A DNA stretch of 64,000 nucleotides from positions 14,818,001-14,882,000 of the forward strand of contig OZ024750.1 in assembly GCA_964016885.1 (NCBI GenBank). Direction: 5' to 3'. This stretch comes from Eledone cirrhosa. Its lineage: Eukaryota. Within the stretch, counting starts at the first letter, position 1. Every line of letters starts with the position of its first letter. This document shows, in pieces, positions 54,439-64,000 of this stretch. A program made the position numbers and the translations under genes. The notes under the pieces were generated by a model, which was given only the letters and a program-made list of their open reading frames with translations, searched no databases and was not told the DNA's origin.

Positions 54439-54488
54439 TGCTACTGTACGTCTGTATACATATATGTATGTACGTATACATACATACT

Positions 54489-54573
<85 letters not shown>

Positions 54574-54849
54574 GTATGTGTGTATGTGTGTGTGTGTTGG
54601 TATGTATATCATATAGATCTATGTAAAAATTTTACAAACTATCAGAGGGAATATACATACCTACACATATATATGCTGACTTCAGAAGAGAGCATATGTA
54701 TGTGTAGGTATGTATATTCCCTCTGATAGTTTGTAAAATTTTTACATAGATCTATATGATATACATACCAACACACACATATATATCCTAGAAACGATCG
54801 TAAAATGATGAATTTTTTAATATAAGGAACTGTTTCTTTGTTTTTATTA

Positions 54850-54917
<68 letters not shown>

Positions 54918-55077
54918 GATATTAAACAAATGGAAACTATATTTATAAAACCATATAAATATAAATATAGTTTCCATTTGTTTAATATCGTAAATCTACT
55001 CCAAAACTTGTTGAGTGCTTTTATATCAGTTATAAAATATTTACTCGGTGTAACCCAACAATTTTAAATAAAACTTT

Positions 55078-55115
<38 letters not shown>

Positions 55116-55176
55116 AAAGTGAATATGAATTAGCCGTCGAAACGGCTTGAGCTCAGCTGTCGGGGTCTTACTGGTT

Positions 55177-55245
<69 letters not shown>

Positions 55246-55584
55246 ATTATTACATAACTAACAAATGTTTCATTAGGTTGTTGTGATGAATTTAAGTCAT
55301 TTTATTCGACTTGAAGGGTATAAATAAATATAGGTAAGTCCTCTCCGAATGTTGACTTGTAATTCAGTTTTGTTTTACCATTCTATTGTTATTTGTAGAA
55401 TAGAAAGTCATTAGACATTTATGTGAAAGACGTTAACGATAATCTCCCAGTTTTCAAAGGAATTCCTTACAAAGCAACAGTTTCAGAAGTAAGTACTTTT
55501 ACACCCTTCTATCATCAACATGCACACACACACACACACACATGTGTATGTGTGTGTTTGAGAGAGAGAAAGAGAGAGAGAAAG

Positions 55585-55639
<55 letters not shown>

Positions 55640-58600
55640 TATATGGTGGATTGGCAGTATCGGCAGATGGTCGGACGCCATGCTGTGCAGCATAGAGTTA
55701 CGGCCCTTTATGATCTGAGTTCAAATCCCGCCGAGGTTAACTTTGCCTTTCATCCTTACGGGGTCGATAAAATAAAGTACCATTAGTCACGCTCTGGGGT
55801 CGATTTAATCGACCCCGCCCCCAAGAAAATTGCTGGCCTTGTGCCTATATAAGAAACATATATATATAAGAAACAATATATATATATATATATATAAGAA
55901 TAAACGTGCTGCGGGGTTGCTAATGGGTTACATATGAATAAAGTTTGTCCTTCATCAGTGATCTTCCAACCATCATTGGTATTTCATCGCTTTAAAGACC
56001 ATATACCTCCGGTTGGTGCGAGCAACGGCTAAAAAAAGTCGTTGGGACGCGTAAATAAAGGGGACACGAGTGTAAACAAACAAAAATGGTGAAGCAACGA
56101 AATATATATATATATAGAGAGAGAGTGTGTATGTGCATGTATGTGAGTTGCGTGAGAGCATTTAAGTCCGACTTCCCTTATGAAGTACATATGGCTTGGT
56201 TGTAAATGTTTGCTGTCGCTCTGTTGTGGCATTTTCAAACATAGATTTCTTCTTTACAGTTGGTAAATGTTGGCAAGACAATATACAGTCAGGTGTTTGT
56301 TGATGACATTGATACAGGAGTAAATGCTGAAATTACAATCTCTTGTGATCCAAAGGATGAGAAGGTAAGTGGTATGTTCTTAAGATGATCGTTCTTATAA
56401 AATGTGACTATTTTCAGCAACGTTTAATAAGGTTGGTGTTTGTTAGCAGATATAACCAAAATTGAAAGTGAAGTGATTGTATGATTTTTATGTAAATGCT
56501 AAAGGATTAAGTCGCAAACATAAGGTTAAAAAAACCTTCGCTAAGTACAAACAACTACCGCTACACACCACCAGGTCCGAACACGGAAAAGCCGAACTCC
56601 CACAGTCATCCCCCATCTCTCTGTCGCCATCCCCCATCTCTCTGTATTATGAGCAAATAGGGTCTTCTTCTTCTTGGATGCCGAGTCCCCAAACACTCCT
56701 TCCAGCGGGTCCTGTCAGCGCAACCGTCTCCAATTGATCCGGCTAGATCCCCAAGCGAGATCAACCGAGCTCATGGATGTTACCCAACCACAGGTAACAT
56801 GGGTCTCTTGCCGGCTGGTTTTCCCTCGTAAAGTCTGCAGAGATTCAGTTAGTAAAAAAAGATGGAATGTTTGGTTACCACTAGAAAAAATATCATTGAT
56901 GCATATTTCGTCATTGGTGCTGTAAATAGCTACATACCAGCACTGTTTGAATAACAATTGTTCGGTTAGATTCATTTCACCAATTTCTAATACCAATACG
57001 TCGGATAACTAGCTTTTTGGCATAGAGTTATACCCTCTACGTTCTGAGTTCAAATCCTGCCGAGGTTAGCTTTGCCTTTCATCCTTACGGGGTCGATAAA
57101 ATAAAGTACCAATAACGCACTGGGGTCGATTTAATCGACTTTCCCCTCTCCACAAAATTGTTGGCATTGTGCCTAAATCAGAAGCCATTCCCGCCGAGGT
57201 TAACTTTACCTTTCATCATTACGGGGTCGATAAAATAAAGTACCAGTAATGTACTGGATAATTGCTGGCCTTGTGCCAAAAGTAGAAACAATTATTATTT
57301 TAAATGTATTATTTGCCCATTCTTTTAGGCAAAACGTGCTTGTGAACACTTTTCAATAACTACGAAGCGTGTAAAGGGTACCACCGAAGGAAAATATTAC
57401 GGAGAGATAATAGTAAAAAAGCCTCTCGATTATGAAGGTGTACCGTCATATGTTATGACATTATTGGCTAAAGTAAGTTATAAAGGTTTCTTTTTTTTAC
57501 ATCAAATAAATAAATTTCTTTCATTTTATATAGAAAATTTTGCCTATATTTTAGCTTAATATTTGTAAGGATATTTAACAGGTGGATGTTGCCGAGAAAG
57601 GTTTGCTGGTACATCGAAGTTGTTGCACTATGTCTATGACTAAAACAGAAAAAAAAAAACTTCGTAATGGCTTTGTTTACCTAGGCGTAAATGAGAGCAT
57701 TCCGAATTTACATATCTAATAATTTCAGTGACACTATGAATCTTGTCTCTAAAAATTTGAATAAAGTTTCATTTTGAAAGGTACTCACCAGAAAGGAAAC
57801 ACGTGATATGATTATCCTAAACGGCAAACACTAAGGGTCAAAATTGGAAGACTAAGGGTCAAAAGCTAACATTGGTTTTTATAGATTATGTATATAAAAA
57901 GGGCAGTGGATTGGCAGAATTGGTAGAGCATCGATCAACATGCTTTGTAGCATAGAGTTACGGTCCTTTACGTTCTGAATTCAAATTCCGCCGAGGTTAA
58001 CTTTACCTTTCATCCTTACGGGGTCGATAAAATAAAGTACCAGTAATGTACTGGTTGATTTAATTGACTTTCGACTCCCTCAAAATTGCTGGCATTGTGC
58101 TAGAAATCATAAAGTATATAAATAATCATAAATTATATATATAATCATAAATTATATATATAATCATAAATTATATATATAATCATAAATTATATATATA
58201 AAATAAAAAAATGAAATCAGGGAAATAACTGAAGTGGGTTAATAACATGTAATTATAGAAATAAGTTAAGTGGCGATGTAATAAATGGCATAGGCCCCTA
58301 CCCCCAATGACAATTATTTGAAACTTCTTCCTTGGAGAAAGAAAATAAAAATATAGCGGTAATTTTAGCTGTCAAAGAAAAGGAACATAATTTGAAGAAG
58401 TTAATATTTTATTTCATGAAATTAATGAAACACATGCTTAGGCAAAATGTGATGTTTGTTAGTAAGGTGACAGCCACGAATAGGTTTCCTTGATCAAGCA
58501 GGCTCAGGTTCGACAGATTCACTGACGATGTTGAACAAGACTGAAATATGTCTGTAGTTACCTCGCTTGCCTGCTAACAAAGATAACATTTTTCCTTAAG

Positions 58601-59662
58601 CATGTAAATTGATTTTGTCAAACTAATTTCTTGAAATTATCTCTATTCTTTTTTTTTTTGGGAGAGTCGGTAACAATTAACGCCAAGCTTTTAATTTCGT
58701 TCTCTAACTAGGGGAAATTTCAATTAATTCAGAAATGGCTTATTCCATTCAGTACCTTACGGCGTAACTTGATTTTCAAAGACTAACACTAATATTTTAA
58801 GTCTTTCATATAGATATACAAATATGATTTCTTTTTCCTAGACTGACAAAGATAAATTTAACAGTATGGATTCTGTTGGAGAGCTTTACCTATCATATAA
58901 TTATTATTTTTTTTGGTACATCATTAATCTGAAATAGGAAAGTTGTATTTTATATTTGATTAGTAAATAAAGTTCAATGACCTAAGTAATGCGTTATTAA
59001 TCTAACAGTTACCATCTTGTCCATCAAAAACAAAAATATAAGGGAACACTTTTGAAAATAAATATTTAGATTTTTTTTAGTCCACAGTATGTTCTTGATG
59101 GCAGTTTTTCAAAGCATTCACCATAAATATGAGAACCTTGTTTTATATTACAACCTAATATTTGACATCCGTTGGTATTCTTAATTGCTTTTATTTGTGC
59201 AGGATAACGGTTCTCCGCTTCTCAGTGCTCGAGTGAACGTACTAATTGATCTTAACGATGAACAGGATAATCCACCATTTTTTGTACTGGGTCCATATAC
59301 TTTTTTTGTTAAAGAACATATTTCGAATGTAAGTAATGATATTACTTTTTTTCTTAGTACATGCATTCATGGCTGCTTACAAATATATTTATTTACGGAG
59401 TTTCTCTATAAATAGAACTCAAATTTTACATAGTTTTTTTTTGCAGTCAAACTTTCACCAAATTAAACCCTATTGTGTTAATAATAAGGGACGAGAGACG
59501 ATACATTGAATATATATAGTGACAGATGTAAAATGTATGAAAATAAAAACGGGATGTTACGACTGGAATGGCTTTCATCCTAGGTCTGCTCGATTAGAGA
59601 TGAATTGTGGTTAAACACCACCAACACTATCACCGACGTCGCTGCCACCACCATCAACACCG

Positions 59663-59693
<31 letters not shown>

Positions 59694-61797
59694 GCAACAA
59701 TAAAAATATCAATAGCCACTACAACTGAGCAGAAAAGACGTTGAAACGTCGATGAATCTTGGAAATTTATTGTTCCAAACGAAGTATAAAGAAATCAATA
59801 AGGAAATATTTAAAAAGTCCTTAGTAAAATACGAGGATCGACTGAAAAGTTCATAGGCTGACCAAGATACTCTCATGGAATGTGACCAAATGAGATTTAT
59901 CTTTCAACGTAGTCCACACACTTCTTCCATCGGTGTTGCAGTGCTTGGATCCCATTGTTGAAGAAGCTTTCATCCTATTGGTAAAAAAAGTCATCAACAG
60001 CAGATATAACGATTATATTCATATCAAGTTAATAGTTTTTCGAACCACAGCCTTCCTGTAAGCTCATATACCCATATTTAGTTTTCATAGAACAAAACAG
60101 ATTAGTGACGCTAGACACATGTAACTTTAATGGAATAACATGAGGATATATTCTTCTCAGCAATGTAATCCGGGAAAATATAGAATTACATTTATTATCT
60201 CGAAAGAGAATGAAACACACGTAGTTGTCTTGAACTCAAGACTGATTCGTGAACCAAATGTACCATTTATTTAGCATTATGCTTATTATGACGATACTGA
60301 TACATTGCTTAAGTAGGTGAACACATTTTGTTATTTAATATTCAATGCGATCTACACCCGAGATATTTTACAAACTTAAGTTCTTTCTTTGTATCTTGCA
60401 ATTCCACTCTCGAATAACAGATTAAATAAACCCCACCTGCAGCTTTACTTTTGTGTGGTAGTGACTAATCTTATCTAATCTGGCAAATAAGAAGAACCTG
60501 GGCCGCCCCTAGGAGCATTGGATTTGGTATACTTCAAATTTCGGTTGCTGAATACAATCAGGGGTCCCTGCTTCTCCTGAAGGTCAATAGCTCTCTTCTA
60601 ACTCGAGCGGGAGCGCCTTTCCATTGTCAATTTGCATTGATCATCTGCAAAGCCGCATTGTTCTCAGAACCACTACACCAGTCTTTCGATGCTTGTAGCT
60701 GGAACTACTGCCACCCATTGATTTGGCAGGATCGTAACTCATTTCTAGAGCTGAGTAAACTGGAGCAGCGTGAAATAAAGTGTCTTGTTTAAGGACACAA
60801 CACATCACCCGGACCGAGAATCGAACTCATAACCTTTAGATTGCAAGCCCGATGCTCTAACCACTAAGCCATGCACTTGGAAATAATTTGTGTATAAACA
60901 TCACAGCACACAGACATAGAAGTGTCTGTCAGCAAACACACGGCAGTCCCGAGTAATTATTCTACATAACTCATCTGTTGGTAGTTATATCTCCTGTCAA
61001 GTTATCATCTTTGAAAGCATTTCATCAGATTCTAATTATGACAGATAAAAGTAATCCTTGATATTTTTTTCTCTTTCACTTGCACCTCTACCTGTTTCTT
61101 ACATCTTTCTCGTTTAAAAGTATTTCCATTTTATATCTTCTCACACCCCCATTTCATCCTGTTTTATGTTGCAAACTTTTCATCACATTCTTCGTGATGT
61201 TAATGATGATGATGTTGTTAAGGATAACGAGTCGGAAACTTAAATGAAATAAAGGCAGAATTGAGAGAGAAAGAAAAAATAGTTGAAAGGTAAGATGGAA
61301 TAAAAAAAAAAAAAAGTAGAAAGTAAAGACTAAGAGATAAAGAGTTATCTCCCTTAGAACAAATAATGCTATGAAAGTAATTATTCGGTAAGCGGTTCAC
61401 ACATATTTGTTAATTATTTAAATTCAATGTAGTTTAAACACTTTCTGAACTCAATGATCAATCTTCAATGAGTTTCTGTTTACATGCATGTGTATTCAAC
61501 TATTATTTATTTTAAATCTAGGGTTCTGTTGTTGGTCAAGTCACTGCACAAGATAGTGATGTTGGTAACCCAAATCCAGTGCGTATTTCTCTTTCCGATG
61601 GTAAGAGTTTTATATCTTACTAGACCACCCGTGACCTGTTGGGCACGTTCACTTCAAATAATAAAAAAAAAACCATGTTCACTTAAAAAATAATTTTTAA
61701 ATAATTAAAATATACACAGACATGTATATAATGCGAAATGAAACTGGAAAGCCCATATATATACGTGTGTGTATGTATGTATATAAATGTGTGTGTG

Positions 61798-61837
<40 letters not shown>

Positions 61838-62832
61838 TGTGTGTGTGTGTGTGTATATATATGTATGTGGGTGTCTGTGATCTATATATACCGGTCATAC
61901 ACACACACATACACACACATATATTTACACAACAACACCACCAGCTCTCTTTCTTTCTTCCCTTCTCCTTCTCTGTCTTCTCTCCCTATCTCTATGTCTC
62001 TCATTCAATCTACTCTCTTACAACCACCATCTCTTTCTCTCTATCTTTCTCTCTCCCTCTCTCTCTGTTTACCCGGCAAAACCTCATATCTCGGGAACCC
62101 GTCCTCCGATTTACGCGAAACTTGTTTTTTTCCATTTGTATTCCCATTCCAGGCTCAACTTCCTTTCAAAGTATTTTCCCATTATGCGCCCTTTTGGCTG
62201 TATTACATTACAGACAAGCAAGCACGCAGGCAATCACAGAGTTTTAGTAGTATATAGATAATCTGTTACAAGTACCCAAGCTGGCTAAGTAAATAATAGT
62301 GCTGATTACCGACCGACGGGGGAGGTGGGGGTAAGTTCATATCCCATTGTTGCCTTTTTAAAGTATTTATTGTACAATGACGACTCATTCGAGAGAGGAA
62401 GAACCTTTCGACTTCACTATGCTATATAAAATTACAATCTGGACGTCTTTACAACCTGGAAACCATTCACCCATCACTGCATTGCGTATAGATGACCAAT
62501 TAAGATTTCCTGTCGATTGTTAATAGCACATATACAAGATTAATGGAATACTCCAGCTTGTTACTCTATCAAGATAGTTCCACAATTGTGCTTTTGTCGA
62601 TGAAATCAACGAATTTCTGGACGAATTATTTTTTATTTTCAAATTACACACAACATTCACATAACAAATCTCTTCTTATTATTTTCTCTCATTTTTTTTT
62701 TCAGGTCCCAATAAATATTTCGTAATTGGGAAAACCGTTTCCATTGATGGTCTTAGTCACAGAGCAGATGTAATTTCAAAAGGTAATATTGATAGAGAGA
62801 CATCTGGTGCACGTTACAGAATAAATATTACA
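48212..62832 (+). CDS. Cadherin-repeat protein (cadherin-23/Cad87A/Cad88C-like), 5' portion only; continues beyond the window
   Basis: In-phase exons: 48212-48254 (signal peptide [14 protein letters not shown]), 49408-49512, 50137-50264 (AYDPDG...LDRE), 51417-51509, 55399-55488 (DVNDNLPVF), 56260-56364 (DIDTGVNA), 57329-57472 (LDYE), 59203-59328 (DNGSP...DEQDNPPF), 61522-61600 (AQDSDVG), 62705-62832 (IDRE). About three EC repeats are present. The subfamily call is inferred from the C...AC..F pair in EC2 and the many small exons. Confidence 0.9.
48300..48757 (+). mobile_element. L1/Tx1-like LINE 3' end in a (CTAT)n microsatellite
   Basis: C-terminal stub [24 protein letters not shown], then a 3' UTR, AATAAA at about 48667 and (CTAT)n. 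CTAT repeats are also present on the 5' side. Confidence 0.6.
49755..49802 (-). ncRNA. Degenerate hammerhead-like motif in a palindrome
   Basis: Minus strand CCAATGA-TTCCAGACA-GT-TGTCTGGAA-GAAAC-GATC-GTC-AG. The core CTGATGA carries two changes. Confidence 0.45.
50438..51320 (-). mobile_element. Tandem array of about 5 SINE family A copies (183-bp period in the last units)
   Basis: CAATCCACTACCCTTCTAATAATTG recurs at 50821, 51004 and 51187. These units share the same internal deletion. Confidence 0.88.
53951..54493. repeat. Near-perfect palindrome of about 540 bp
   Basis: The arms mirror around a 7-nt loop GGAACGA at 54223-54229. Confidence 0.95.
54586..54779. repeat. Fold-back inverted repeat
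   Basis: Arms of about 90 bp around GACTTCAGAAGAG. Confidence 0.9.
55644..55860 (+). mobile_element. SINE family A copy
   Basis: Full-length copy after a (TA)n run. Confidence 0.8.
58518..58556 (+). ncRNA. Degenerate hammerhead-like motif
   Basis: CA-CTGACGA-TGTT-GAACAA-GACT-GAAA-TAT-GTC-TG. Confidence 0.45.
59830..60010 (-). mobile_element. Mariner terminal fragment
   Basis: TACGAGG...AAAAGTTCATAGGCTGACCAAGAT matches 15060-15215. Confidence 0.8.
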
Positions 62833-62944
62833 GTAAGTATTAGGCTTTATTTGTGCTATGGTCATAGTCGTAGAGTAATGGTGGATAAATGTATTGTTTT
62901 TAAGTATTGGTGTAGTGAATGTCATAAAGAGTATTATACGCTGA

Positions 62945-63838
62945 ATATAGTGGCTTCTGATGTCTGACAGGAAATAGAGGCTTCTGATGTCTGACAGGAA
63001 ATAGAGGCTTCTGGTGTCTGACAGGAAATAGAGGCTTCTGGTGTCTGACAGGAAATAGAGCCTTCTGGTGTCTGACAGGAAATAGAGGCTTCTGGAGTCT
63101 GATTGGAAATAGAGGCTTCTGGTGTCTGACAGGAAATAGAGGCTTCTGGTGTCTGACAGGAAATAGAGGCTTCTGGTGTCTGACAGGAAATAGAGGCTTC
63201 TGGTGTCTGACAGGAAATAGTGGCTTCTGATGTCTGACAGGAAATAGAGCCTTCTGGTGTCTGACAGGAAATAGAGGCTTCTGGAGTCTGATTGGAAATA
63301 GAGCCTTCTGATGTCTGACAGGAAATAGAGGCTTTTGGTGTCTGACAGGAAATAGAGAATTCTGGTGTCTGACAGGAAATAGTGGCTTCTGATGTCTGAC
63401 TAGAGCCTTCTGGTGTCTGACAGGAAATAGAGGCTTCTGGAGTCTGATTGGAAATAGTGGCTTCTGCTGGTGTCTGACAAGAAATAGAGCCTTCTGGTGT
63501 CTAACAGGAAATAGAGGCTTCTGGAGTCTGATTGGAAATAAAGCCTTCTGATGTCTGACAGGAAATAGAGCCTTCTGGTGTCTGATAGGAAATAGAGCAT
63601 TCTGGTGTCTGACAGGAAATAGTGGCTTCTGATGTCTGACTAGAGCCTTCTGGTGTCTGGCAGGAAATAGAGGCTTCTGGAGTCTGATTGGAAATAGTGG
63701 CTTCTGCTGGTGTCTGACAAGAAATAGAGCCTTCTGGTGTCTAACAAAAAATAGAGCATTCTGGTGTCTGACAGGAAATAGTGGCTTCTGGTGTCTGACA
63801 GGAAATAGAGGCTTCTGGTGTCTGACTAGAAATAGAGA
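62945..63838. repeat. 27-bp minisatellite, about 33 copies (cadherin intron)
   Basis: GAAATAGAGGCTTCTGGTGTCTGACAG with higher-order variants. Confidence 0.95.
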
Positions 63839-64000
63839 GTTAGATTTCCCTCTTTTTAACATCTTTGATTACAGTACACTTGATGTTGAAAATGGACTTT
63901 AGGCACAATTGACGGAAGCATCCCAAATGTTTGATTTAATATTTGAAGACCAGTATTTCAAGTAATAAAATTTCAATTAATAAAATCATTGAATTTCGTT

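Noticed and set aside
55930-55970. CTGATGA-AGGAC on the minus strand (also CTGACGA at 36633) between TA runs
   Set aside because: No matching stem II or GAAA can be traced, so these are too decayed to call as hammerheads.

Overview
This is AT-rich, intron-containing animal DNA, not prokaryotic. It is dense in microsatellites and tRNA-derived SINEs, and the repeat content suggests an octopod cephalopod (inference). Most listed ORFs are repeat artefacts, so the real genes were spliced by hand. Four genes were recovered. (1) A complete La/SSB gene (+, 12 coding exons, 6019-13144, 359 aa) with a U12-type minor-spliceosome intron at 6851-7219. (2) A small three-exon gene absent from the ORF track (-, 17869-13989), encoding an 83-aa signal peptide plus a single thrombospondin type-1 domain and lying tail-to-tail with La. 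(3) A complete MPC2 gene (-, 5 coding exons, 27152-22220, 115 aa). (4) The 5' part of a cadherin-23/Cad87A-like gene (+, from 48212, 10 exons, running off the window). Intergenic and intronic DNA holds SINEs; RTE, CRE-like, R4/Dong-like, Tx1-like and Penelope-like remnants; mariner; several MITE families; and minisatellites. The most unusual signal is a family of long fold-back palindromes next to (TA)n runs. Several carry whole or half hammerhead-ribozyme-like motifs (CTGANGA...GAAAC...GTC/TA) at or near the hairpin apex, as expected of Penelope-type or retrozyme-like elements.
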